Part shown: positions 55,884 to 64,000 of the stretch, piece by piece
Position numbering within the stretch: position 1 is the stretch's first letter
Layout of the letters: every line of letters begins with the position of its first letter
Program-made: the position numbers and the translations under genes
The notes under the pieces: generated by a model
Seen by the model: only the letters and a program-made list of their open reading frames with translations
What the model was told of the DNA's origin: nothing
Database searches by the model: none
Origin: Candidatus Aminicenantaceae bacterium
GTDB lineage: Bacteria > Acidobacteriota > Aminicenantia > Aminicenantales > Aminicenantaceae
Assembly (NCBI GenBank): GCA_041862375.1
Contig: JBGVTE010000065.1
Span: 2,540 to 66,539 of the forward strand
Reading direction: 5' to 3'
Length of the DNA stretch: 64,000 bases

Positions 55884-56933
55884 TTACGTGTCAGCAACTT
55901 TTTTATCAGGTTTTTCTGGAATAAGCCCTACTTTTTGCCGAATTTCCTGATCCAGTTGAGCTTTAAGTTTTTCATTCTCCTTAAGGAGTTTTTTGACATT
56001 CTCTCTTCCCTGTCCGATACGCTCTCCTTTGTATGAATACCAGGTTCCGCTTTTTTCGATTAATCCGATATCCAATCCACAGTCAATCAAATCGCCTTCT
56101 TTGGAAATTCCTTCTCCATAAATGATGTCAAACTGAGCTACTTTGAAAGGAGGAGCCATTTTATTCTTTACAATTTTCACTTTTACCCTGTTCCCGATTA
56201 CCTTTTCTCCCTCTTTCAAAGTGGCAATTCTTCGGATATCTATTCTCATTGAAGAATAGAACTTCAGAGCTCTTCCTCCTGTGGTCGTTTCAGGGCTTCC
56301 CAGGAAAAAGCCGATTTTTTCTCGGATCTGGTTAACAAAGATAAAACATGTCTTGGAACGGCTGACAATGGCTGCCAGCTTTCTCAATGCCTGGGACATT
56401 AACCGAGCTTGAAGCCCCATGTGGGCATCGCCCATTTCTCCTTCAAGCTCAGCTTTAGGAACAAGAGCAGCCACCGAGTCAATCACGATCACATCCACAG
56501 CCCCGCTCCTCACAAGAACTTCGGCAATCTCCAATGCCTGCTCTCCATAATCAGGCTGAGAAATGAGAAGATTATCCACGTCCACCCCAACACTTGCAGC
56601 ATAGCCGGAATCCAAGGCATGCTCAGCATCTATAAAGGCAGCCTGCCCTCCCTGATTTTGGGCTTCAGCAATTACATGAAGAGCCAGCGTTGTCTTGCCA
56701 GTGGCTTCAGGACCAAAAACTTCAACTACCCTCCCCCGGGGAAAACCACCTATTCCCAAGCTCAAATCAAACGCTATTGAGCCGGTCGGGATAGCAGGTA
56801 TTTTAATTGCAGCTTCTTTTTGCCCCATTTTCATAACAGCGCCTTTGCCAAACTGCTTTTCTATCTGAGAAAGAGCAGCTTCTATGGCTCGTTCCTTTGA
56901 AGAAGCTTTTTGTTCATTTCCTTCTCTTTCCAT
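55884..56933 (-). CDS. recA: Recombinase A
   Basis: [58 protein letters not shown]. Confidence 0.98.
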   Translation of the reverse strand: MEREGNEQKASSKERAIEAALSQIEKQFGKGAVMKMGQKEAAIKIPAIPTGSIAFDLSLGIGGFPRGRVVEVFGPEATGKTTLALHVIAEAQNQGGQAAFIDAEHALDSGYAASVGVDVDNLLISQPDYGEQALEIAEVLVRSGAVDVIVIDSVAALVPKAELEGEMGDAHMGLQARLMSQALRKLAAIVSRSKTCFIFVNQIREKIGFFLGSPETTTGGRALKFYSSMRIDIRRIATLKEGEKVIGNRVKVKIVKNKMAPPFKVAQFDIIYGEGISKEGDLIDCGLDIGLIEKSGTWYSYKGERIGQGRENVKKLLKENEKLKAQLDQEIRQKVGLIPEKPDKKVADT

Positions 56934-57038
56934 TTTTTTCTCCTCCGATCCAGAGTTTTATATTTTTCCAGATATAGCTTTTTCTTTTTTATTTATATTC
57001 TAGCGTTTTCCTAGATTCACCTTTTCTTTGTCCTAATC

Positions 57039-57893
57039 TCATTTACCGTAATCATAGAATCCTTGTCCTGTTTTTCGGCCAAGATAGCCTGCATCAACCA
57101 TTTTCTTTAGTAACGGACAGGGTCTGTATTTAGTATCCTTGAATCCTTCGTATAGTACTTCCATTATATGAAGACAGACATCCAGTCCTATCAGATCTGC
57201 TAAGGCTAAAGGCCCCATGGGATGGTTCATGCCCAGCTTCATGACTGTGTCAATGGCCTCTGCAGTCCCAACCCCCTCCATCAAGGCATAGACAGCTTCA
57301 TTTATCATGGGAAGCAAGATTCGGTTTGAGATAAAACCTGGAAAGTCATTCGCCTCTACAGGTACCTTTCCTAATTTTTCAGCCAGCTCTTTAACCTGAT
57401 CGAAGGTTTCTTGGGAAGTAGCCATACCCTTTATCAGCTCAACGAGAGTCATCAGAGGAACTGGATTCATAAAATGCATCCCCATAAATTGTGAGGGACG
57501 ATTGGTAAGAGAGGCCAGGCGGGTGATTGATATCGAAGAGGTATTGGAAGCAAGGATAACACCGGGAGGCAGAATTTTATCGACCTCTTCCAGCACTTTC
57601 TTTTTTACTTCGAAATCTTCGAATACTGCCTCGATGACAAAATCTGAATCTCTAATGTCTGCCAGATCAACAGTTGTCTTAATCCGGCTCAATACTGCTT
57701 CTTTGTCTTCTTCAACTTTTCCTTTCTCTATCAACCTGGATAAGCTCTTATCTATTGTTTTTTGCGAACGCTCCAGATATTCCTGAGCAACATCACAGAG
57801 AATAGCTTCAAACCCAGAAGTTGCGGCAACCTGGGCTATTCCAGTTCCCATAGTTCCAGCACCGATAATTCCAATTTTTTTAATACTCATCAT
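57039..57893 (-). CDS. hbd: 3-hydroxybutyryl-CoA dehydrogenase
   Basis: [49 protein letters not shown]. Confidence 0.92.
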   Translation of the reverse strand: MMSIKKIGIIGAGTMGTGIAQVAATSGFEAILCDVAQEYLERSQKTIDKSLSRLIEKGKVEEDKEAVLSRIKTTVDLADIRDSDFVIEAVFEDFEVKKKVLEEVDKILPPGVILASNTSSISITRLASLTNRPSQFMGMHFMNPVPLMTLVELIKGMATSQETFDQVKELAEKLGKVPVEANDFPGFISNRILLPMINEAVYALMEGVGTAEAIDTVMKLGMNHPMGPLALADLIGLDVCLHIMEVLYEGFKDTKYRPCPLLKKMVDAGYLGRKTGQGFYDYGK

Positions 57894-57903
57894 TTCCCCT
57901 TCC

Positions 57904-59094
57904 CTAAACTATCTCAACAGCCATGGCTACAGCATCTCCGCCGCCCAGGCAGAGAGCTGCAATGCCCTTTTTCATCTTTCTGTGTAACAGCGCATAAGTT
58001 AAAGTAGTCAAAATCCTGGCTCCAGTGGCACCGATTGGATGGCCCAGAGCTACAGCTCCTCCATGGACGTTTACTTTTTCTTTATCCAATCCCAGTTCTT
58101 TGATTAAAACAACAAGCTGGGATGAGAAGGCTTCGTTTATTTCAAAGAGGTCAACATCATCAATTTTCCAGTCAACATTTGCCAGGAGCTTCTCTACAGC
58201 TCCTTTCGGTGCATACATAACCATGGAAGGCTCAACACCATTTGTTGTCGTACCCAGAATCCGAGCCATCGGCTTGAGGCCTTTATCTTCTATAGCATCT
58301 TTAGAGGCTAAAACAACTGCCGCTGCTCCATCATTTAAAGTAGACGCATTTCCAGCCGTAACAGTCCCATCTTTCATAAATACAGGTTTTAATTTAGCCA
58401 GTTTCTCCAGAGTAGTTTCCTTACGCGGTCCTTCATCGACAGCAAAAACGACGGGCTCTCCTTTTCTCTGGGGAATTTCGACAGGAACAATCTCATCCCT
58501 GAGATAGCCTTTCTCGATAGCACGGATCGCTCTCTGGTGGCTGCTGAAAGCGTACTCATCCTGCTCTTCTCTCGTAGCCCCAAATTTTTCAGCCACGATT
58601 TCTCCGGTCATTCCCATGTGAATATCATCAAAGGCACACCAGAGGCCATCTAGAATCATGGAGTCTTTCATCATGAGGTCACCAAATTTTTTTCCTTCTC
58701 TTACTCCCCAGAGGAGATGTGGAGCTTTACTCATACTCTCCATCCCGCCTGCAACAACAATGTTTTTCTCTTCCAGTTGAATAGTTTGAGCACCCAAGGC
58801 CACTGCTTTTAGGGCAGAGCCGCAGACTTTGTTGACCGCAAAGCAGCTTACAGTATAGGGAACTCCTCCTTTGACCGCTGCCTGCTTGGCAGGAGCCTGC
58901 CCAATGCCTCCTGAGACTACATTTCCCATGATTACTTCCTCAACATCTTTCCCGTTTATCCCGGCTCTACTTATGGCTTCTTTGATGGCAAAACCGCCCA
59001 GTTCAGGAGCTGTGAAATTTTTTAGAGCTCCTAAAAAATTACCGATTGCTGTCCGTGCAGCACTGACAATAAAGACATCCCTTAATTCACACAT
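57904..59094 (-). CDS. Acetyl-CoA C-acetyltransferase (thiolase)
   Basis: NKVCGS (active Cys), [36 protein letters not shown]. Confidence 0.95.
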   Translation of the reverse strand: MCELRDVFIVSAARTAIGNFLGALKNFTAPELGGFAIKEAISRAGINGKDVEEVIMGNVVSGGIGQAPAKQAAVKGGVPYTVSCFAVNKVCGSALKAVALGAQTIQLEEKNIVVAGGMESMSKAPHLLWGVREGKKFGDLMMKDSMILDGLWCAFDDIHMGMTGEIVAEKFGATREEQDEYAFSSHQRAIRAIEKGYLRDEIVPVEIPQRKGEPVVFAVDEGPRKETTLEKLAKLKPVFMKDGTVTAGNASTLNDGAAAVVLASKDAIEDKGLKPMARILGTTTNGVEPSMVMYAPKGAVEKLLANVDWKIDDVDLFEINEAFSSQLVVLIKELGLDKEKVNVHGGAVALGHPIGATGARILTTLTYALLHRKMKKGIAALCLGGGDAVAMAVEIV

Positions 59095-59247
59095 GTATTA
59101 ATCCTTCCTTTTTAAAATTTTTATAAAGCTAACTACTTTTTATCACAATTAGAAGTGGTTGTAAATCCGCTGTCAGTTTAAGTTTTTTTCGCGTAAATCT
59201 TTTGTTTGATTAAAGAAAAAACACGTAATAAAATTGGAAAAGAAAAG

Positions 59248-60402
59248 ATGAGCATAGGGAAAAAAACTGCTGAGATTGCTATTATCGGTGGAGGCATTAT
59301 GGGAACCGCCACCGCTTATTACCTGGCAAAGGCAGGTCAGAATGATGTCATTCTTTTTGAAAAAGATCTTCTTGCCCAGGCATCAACCGGATTAAGTGTT
59401 GGAGGCATCCGTCAGCAATTTTCTCATCCTGCAAACATCCTTTTGTCTAAAGAATCACTCAGAGTATTTGAGCATTTTAAAGAGGAGTTCAGTGAAGATA
59501 TTAATTTCCGGCAGGAAGGCTATCTCTTTCTTGCTCAAGAGGAAGAAACCTGGAAGGAATTTTTGGAAAACGTTGAAATTCAACGCCAGTATGATGTTCC
59601 CGTTGAGGTGCTGTCGCCGGAGGAAATTAAGCGCCGCTGGCCGTATCTCGAAGTAAGTGATTTGAAAGGCGGAACCTATGGGCCGAAGGATGGCTATGCT
59701 GATCCCTACCTTGTAGCCATAGGCTTTGCCAAGGGAGCAAGAGAAATGGGAGTTCGTATAGAGGAAAAAACAGAGGTAACAGAGATCAAGATAGAAAGGG
59801 GAAAGGTTAGGAGTGTTAAAACCAACAAAGGAACTATCTCCACCCAAGTAGCCGTCAATGTTGCTGGACCTTGGGGAGGCAAGGTAGCGAAGCTGGCAGG
59901 ATTTGATTTGCCGGTAAAGCCTTACCGCCGCCAGGTATTCATGACAAGGCCCTTTGACAGAATACCAAAACCCGTTCCCATGATCCTCGACCAGGATGCA
60001 GCCTTTTACTTTAGAGGAGAAGGGCCTGGTATTCTTACCGGAATGAGCGACCCTGAAGAGCCATCGAGTTTTAAGACCCACGTGGACCGTCATTTCATGG
60101 AAAAGGTTGTTGAAACAGCAGTTCATCGAGCTCCAGTCCTTGAAAAGGCCGAAATCCTGAGGGGATGGGCAGGCCTCTATGCCGTAACACCCGATAACAA
60201 TCCCTTTATCGGAGAAATGCCTGGAGTTAAAGGATTTTATAGTGCCATTGGCTTTTCTGGACACGGTTTTCAGCAGGGGCCTGCAGTGGGAAGAATCCTG
60301 AGTGAGCTCATCCTCAAAGGCTGCACTGATTTAGATTTAACACCCTTTTCCTTTGACCGGCTTCAAACGATTGAGAAAAAGGGAGAAAAGAGGATTTTAT
60401 AA
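59248..60402 (+). CDS. FAD-dependent amine/amino-acid oxidoreductase (DadA/SoxB-like)
   Basis: IIGGGI.G, STG.S.GGIR.Q, DG..DP, WAGLY..TPD..P.IG, GFSGHGFQ.GP..G; start placed at ATG 59248 (track start 59206). Confidence 0.9.
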   Translation: MSIGKKTAEIAIIGGGIMGTATAYYLAKAGQNDVILFEKDLLAQASTGLSVGGIRQQFSHPANILLSKESLRVFEHFKEEFSEDINFRQEGYLFLAQEEETWKEFLENVEIQRQYDVPVEVLSPEEIKRRWPYLEVSDLKGGTYGPKDGYADPYLVAIGFAKGAREMGVRIEEKTEVTEIKIERGKVRSVKTNKGTISTQVAVNVAGPWGGKVAKLAGFDLPVKPYRRQVFMTRPFDRIPKPVPMILDQDAAFYFRGEGPGILTGMSDPEEPSSFKTHVDRHFMEKVVETAVHRAPVLEKAEILRGWAGLYAVTPDNNPFIGEMPGVKGFYSAIGFSGHGFQQGPAVGRILSELILKGCTDLDLTPFSFDRLQTIEKKGEKRIL

Positions 60403-60404
60403 AA

Positions 60405-61397
60405 ATGAGATTAAAAATTCTTTCTGGCAATGATGTAAAGAAGGCTGTGAGCATGGCTCAGGCCATAAGCGCGGTGAAAGAAGCATACATACAGCTTTCT
60501 TCGGGAAAGGCAGAAATGCCGTTAAGAACTTCTGTCCCAGTTGAAAAACAGAAGGGGATAACTCTTTTCATGCCTTCCTATCTGGCTGAAAGCCAGGCCA
60601 TGGGAGCAAAAGTTGTGTCAGTTTTCCCTCAAAACCTGGATAAAGGCATGCCCACGATTCATGCCGTTGTTGTAGTATTGGATGCAGAGACAGGACGCCC
60701 TGTGGCACTATTGGATGGAACATATCTGACAGCCCTTCGGACCGGAGCTGCCTCAGGTGCAGCAACAGACCTTTTGGCAAGAAATGATGCACGTGTTGCT
60801 GCAATATTTGGAGCAGGCGCCCAGGCACGTACTCAACTCGTAGCAGTTTGTACAGTAAGGACTGTAGAGAAAGTCTGGATTTTTGACACACAGCCCGGAA
60901 TTGCAGAAGCCTGGGCAGCAGAAATGAAATTCAGGGGTAGTCCAATCCCATCGGCAATTTTTGTGGCCGAATCACCAGCTCAGGCTGCACGGGAAGCAGA
61001 CATAATCTGTACTGCAACCACCTCTTATGAGCCAGTATTCGAGGATAAGGACTTAAAGCCTGGTGTTCATATCAATGCCATAGGCGCTTACACCCCTGAT
61101 ATGAAGGAAATTCCTGTTGCAACTGTCATCCGTTCCAAGCTCATCGTCGATTCACGCCAGGCATGTCTTGCAGAAGCTGGTGATATAATCATTCCTCTCA
61201 AGGATGGGCTTATTGCCGAGGAACACATCCACGGCGAGATTGGAGATGTGGCAGCCGGGAGGATTCCAGGAAGAGAATCAGATGAGGAGGTAACTTTATT
61301 CAAGTCAGTTGGATTGGCTGTTCAGGATGTAGCTGTAGCAGAGCTCGTGAGAGCACAAGCTGAAGAGATGAACCTTGGATTCGAAGTCGATATCTGA
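60405..61397 (+). CDS. Ornithine cyclodeaminase / mu-crystallin family protein
   Basis: MP, KVVSV.P.N, LTALRTGAAS, GAG.QA, HINAIG, KSVGLA.QD. Confidence 0.92.
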   Translation: MRLKILSGNDVKKAVSMAQAISAVKEAYIQLSSGKAEMPLRTSVPVEKQKGITLFMPSYLAESQAMGAKVVSVFPQNLDKGMPTIHAVVVVLDAETGRPVALLDGTYLTALRTGAASGAATDLLARNDARVAAIFGAGAQARTQLVAVCTVRTVEKVWIFDTQPGIAEAWAAEMKFRGSPIPSAIFVAESPAQAAREADIICTATTSYEPVFEDKDLKPGVHINAIGAYTPDMKEIPVATVIRSKLIVDSRQACLAEAGDIIIPLKDGLIAEEHIHGEIGDVAAGRIPGRESDEEVTLFKSVGLAVQDVAVAELVRAQAEEMNLGFEVDI

Positions 61398-61471
61398 GCT
61401 TCCTTCATATGACCTCTTCACCGCATACCTCCTCGCTTGTTTATCATTTATCATGGAAAAAAAAGATGCTT
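61395..61471 (-). repeat. Truncated left-end copy of element A (77 bp, inverted)
   Basis: Reverse complement AAGCATC...CCATGATAA...ACAAGCG...GTATGCGGTGAAGAGGTCATATGAAGGAAGCTCA aligns with 8713-8787. Confidence 0.75.
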
Positions 61472-61597
61472 CCAATCATTGTTACTTCACATTTAAAACG
61501 CATAGTGCATAATATTTTAAATTCAGTCATAGCACTTTTCCTTCTGAGTGCTTTATAATAAACGGATAAATAATAAAGTTATAATACAGGAGTTAAT

Positions 61598-62548
61598 ATG
61601 ACAGAAATAATTAATTTAAGCCTGATCAAAGAAGCTCTGAAGGGCTGTGACCTGATCGGGGAGATTGAGGAGGGCTTTGTCGCATATTCCCAGGGGAAAG
61701 TTGTAGTCCCCCCTGTTGGAGAGATGATTTTCGAAGATCCTCCAGGAGATGTCCATATCAAATACGGGCACATAAAGAATGATGATTATTATGTTATAAA
61801 AATTGCATCCGGCTTTTATAAAAATCCAAAAATTGGTTTACCCTGCACTAATGGTCTAATGCTGATGTTCAGCCAAAAAACAGGAGAGCTGTCTTGCATT
61901 TTGCTCGATAAGGGCTACCTGACCAATGTGCGTACAGCCGTTGCAGGAGCGGTGGCAGCTAAGTATCTGGCTCCCACAAAAGTTAACAGGATCGGTATTT
62001 TCGGAGCAGGCACCCAGGGAAGAATGCAGCTCGAATATTTGCAATCTGTCAGGGACTGTAAAGACGTCATTGTCTGGGGAGTGAACCAACAGGAATTAGA
62101 CGCCTATCAAAAAGATATGGAATCTTTGGGATTTAATATCAAAACTACTTTACTTGCGGAGGATATTGCTTCGACCTGCGATCTCATTGTCACCTGCACA
62201 CCTTCAAAATCCCCCCTTCTCAAGGAAGACCAAATCCGAAATGGAATCCATATAACAGCAGTAGGCTCTGATACTCCGGAGAAACAGGAGCTTGATTCAG
62301 CAATCCTTAAAAAATCAGACATTGTAGTTGTAGACAGCATCAGCCAGGCTCTTCTCCGGGGTGAAAGCTTTCACGCCATGAGAGCCGGTTTAATCACGAA
62401 AGAAGATTTAATTGAGCTGGGAACAGTAATCAAAACAAAGAAACTCCAGAGGTCATCAGAAGAACAGATAACCGTGGCAGATCTGACAGGCGTGGCAGTC
62501 CAAGATATTCAGATTTCAAAAGCTGTCTGGAAAGCAATGTCTTCTTGA
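61598..62548 (+). CDS. Second ornithine cyclodeaminase / mu-crystallin family protein
   Basis: HIKYG, KIASGFY.N, LT.VRTA.AG, GAG.QG, HITAVGSD, DLTGVAVQD. Confidence 0.9.
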   Translation: MTEIINLSLIKEALKGCDLIGEIEEGFVAYSQGKVVVPPVGEMIFEDPPGDVHIKYGHIKNDDYYVIKIASGFYKNPKIGLPCTNGLMLMFSQKTGELSCILLDKGYLTNVRTAVAGAVAAKYLAPTKVNRIGIFGAGTQGRMQLEYLQSVRDCKDVIVWGVNQQELDAYQKDMESLGFNIKTTLLAEDIASTCDLIVTCTPSKSPLLKEDQIRNGIHITAVGSDTPEKQELDSAILKKSDIVVVDSISQALLRGESFHAMRAGLITKEDLIELGTVIKTKKLQRSSEEQITVADLTGVAVQDIQISKAVWKAMSS

Positions 62549-62641
62549 AATAAAAGACAATAATACACGAATCCATATAATTAAGGCAGATCTGCCTCAA
62601 CTCAAAAAAATGGAAAAATACTGAAAGGGCCCAATCTTATC

Positions 62642-64000
62642 CTAGGATAGACCGGTTATTTCTCCATCATCAGAGATATCTATTCTTTCAGCAGCAGGAG
62701 TTTTTGGAAGTCCGGGCATGGTCATGATATCTCCACAGTAAACAACCACAAATCCTGCTCCTGAGCTAAGCGAAGCATCGGTAACAATTAAGGTGAAATC
62801 TCTGGGCCTTCCCAGTGCTTCGTCATCGCCAGAGAGTGAATACTGGGTTTTAGCAATGCATACCGGTAAATTGCCAAACCCGTTTTTTTCAATCCTGAGT
62901 ATTCTCCTTTTTATTTTCCCCTCCATGGCTACAGCCGCAGCTCCGTAAATTTTCTTGGCAACAGCTTCTATTTTATCCAGGAGGGATATATCAAGTGGAT
63001 AGATGAACTGGAATTTTTTTTCATCCTCCTCTATGGCCTTCAAGGCTTCCTGAGCTAGCTCGACACCTCCTTTTCCTCCTTCTGCCCAGACCTTGCTCAG
63101 AGCCATTCTTGCTTTCGCTTTTTTGCACAAAGCAGTGAAGGTGTCGACTTCTGCCTTTGTATCTGATGGAAATTTATTTAAAGCCACTACAAAAGGAACG
63201 CCGAATATTTCGAGGTTTTCAATGTGTTTTTGAAGGTTTTCAAATCCCTTTTCCAAAGCTTTAACATTCTCTTCTTTAACTTCATCCAGCTTGACCCCAC
63301 CGTGAAGCTTGAGCGCCCGTACAGTCGCCACAAGAACACAGGCATCAGGAGGTGGGATATGGCCAGTTCTGACCACGATATCAAAAAATTTTTCAGCTCC
63401 CAAATCTGAGGCAAAGCCCGTTTCTGTCACAACAAAATCAGCCAAGCTCAAAGCAATCCGGGTAGCGATAACTGAATTGGTACCATGGGCAATATTGGCA
63501 AAGGGACCGCCGTGGATAAAAGCCGGTGTTCCTTCCAGCGTCTGGACAAGGTTGGGTTTTAGAGCATCTTTAAGCAAAGCTGCCATGGCTCCTTGAGCAT
63601 TTAAATCGCGGGCAAAAACAGGAGTCTTATCAGGAGAATATCCTACAAATATATTTCCCATCCTTTCTTTTAAATCATTTAAATCTTCAGCCAGACAGAG
63701 AATGGCCATGACTTCAGAAGCGGCTGTGATATCAAAACCTGTTTCCCGGGCAATACCCCGAAGAGGCCCTCCAATACCCACGACAATTTCGCGCAGCACC
63801 CGGTCATCCATGTCCATGACCCTCTTCCAGGAAACATTCCGGCAGTCAAGCAGTCCGCAGGCACCGTCAAAGTGGATACGGTTGTCAACCATCGCAGCCA
63901 GGAGATTATGGGCGGCGGTGACAGCATGAATATCTCCAGTGAAATGGAGGTTTATATCCTCTCGAGGAGCAACCTGGGCATATCCTCCTCCTGTGGCTCC
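62642..64000 (-). CDS. fhs: Formate--tetrahydrofolate ligase (5' end outside window)
   Basis: Frame open to the window edge (GATGGGYAQV...INLHFTGD.HA), GFDITAASE, KPNLVQTLE, HGGPFANIAHG, GAEKF, AKTQYS, MTMPGL. Confidence 0.96.
   Translation of the reverse strand, partial: GATGGGYAQVAPREDINLHFTGDIHAVTAAHNLLAAMVDNRIHFDGACGLLDCRNVSWKRVMDMDDRVLREIVVGIGGPLRGIARETGFDITAASEVMAILCLAEDLNDLKERMGNIFVGYSPDKTPVFARDLNAQGAMAALLKDALKPNLVQTLEGTPAFIHGGPFANIAHGTNSVIATRIALSLADFVVTETGFASDLGAEKFFDIVVRTGHIPPPDACVLVATVRALKLHGGVKLDEVKEENVKALEKGFENLQKHIENLEIFGVPFVVALNKFPSDTKAEVDTFTALCKKAKARMALSKVWAEGGKGGVELAQEALKAIEEDEKKFQFIYPLDISLLDKIEAVAKKIYGAAAVAMEGKIKRRILRIEKNGFGNLPVCIAKTQYSLSGDDEALGRPRDFTLIVTDASLSSGAGFVVVYCGDIMTMPGLPKTPAAERIDISDDGEITGLS

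Noticed and set aside
56934-57038. Possible LexA/SOS box upstream of recA (also checked upstream of uvrA)
   Set aside because: No known box or shared motif identified by eye
59455-60264. 269-aa antisense ORF
   Set aside because: Lies fully opposite the FAD oxidoreductase and has no recognisable motifs; shadow ORF
62584-62597. Perfect 14-bp palindrome AGGCAGATCTGCCT
   Set aside because: Single copy between convergent genes; most simply a terminator-type hairpin
1-64000. CRISPR array, rRNA, integron or prophage
   Set aside because: No regularly spaced repeats, rRNA-like tracts, integrase, cas or phage genes seen
1-64000. Alternative genetic code or selenoproteins
   Set aside because: TGA, TAG and TAA all end full-length conserved genes; no in-frame TGA at a catalytic Cys position was seen

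Overview
AT-rich chromosomal window from a diderm, probably anaerobic, peptide/amino-acid-fermenting bacterium. The gene mix resembles Ca. Aminicenantes or related lineages; this is inference only. 1-7 kb: Cys-rich small protein, radical SAM, DUF6125-like protein, ilvE, trmO, an M16 peptidase pair and an orphan Zn-ribbon protein. 7.2-34.9 kb: a large Wzx/Wzy-type surface polysaccharide locus with a PHP protein, ExeA-like ATPase, HD-GYP protein, WbqC, PIG-L deacetylase, DegT aminotransferase, WecB, 7 GT4-like and 1 GT2 glycosyltransferases, 4 methyltransferases, a SPASM/twitch radical SAM, Wzx, Wzy-like, Wzc and Wza. 35-64 kb: PLP decarboxylase, cobalamin riboswitch with two TonB-dependent receptors, mntP, an amidohydrolase/SSS transporter operon, uvrA, an NhaC-family transporter, envelope hydrolases, recA, hbd/thiolase, an FAD amine oxidase with two ornithine cyclodeaminase-family genes, and a 5'-truncated fhs. 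Non-coding signals read directly from the sequence: a 312-bp structured MITE-like element with perfect 21-bp terminal inverted repeats plus three partial copies; a second 184-bp element with 22-bp inverted repeats; a promoter-to-terminator candidate sRNA carrying two anti-Shine-Dalgarno motifs; and a stop-free 60-codon spacer joining the SSS transporter's amber stop in frame to the amidohydrolase. No rRNA, tRNA, CRISPR array or transposase was recognised.
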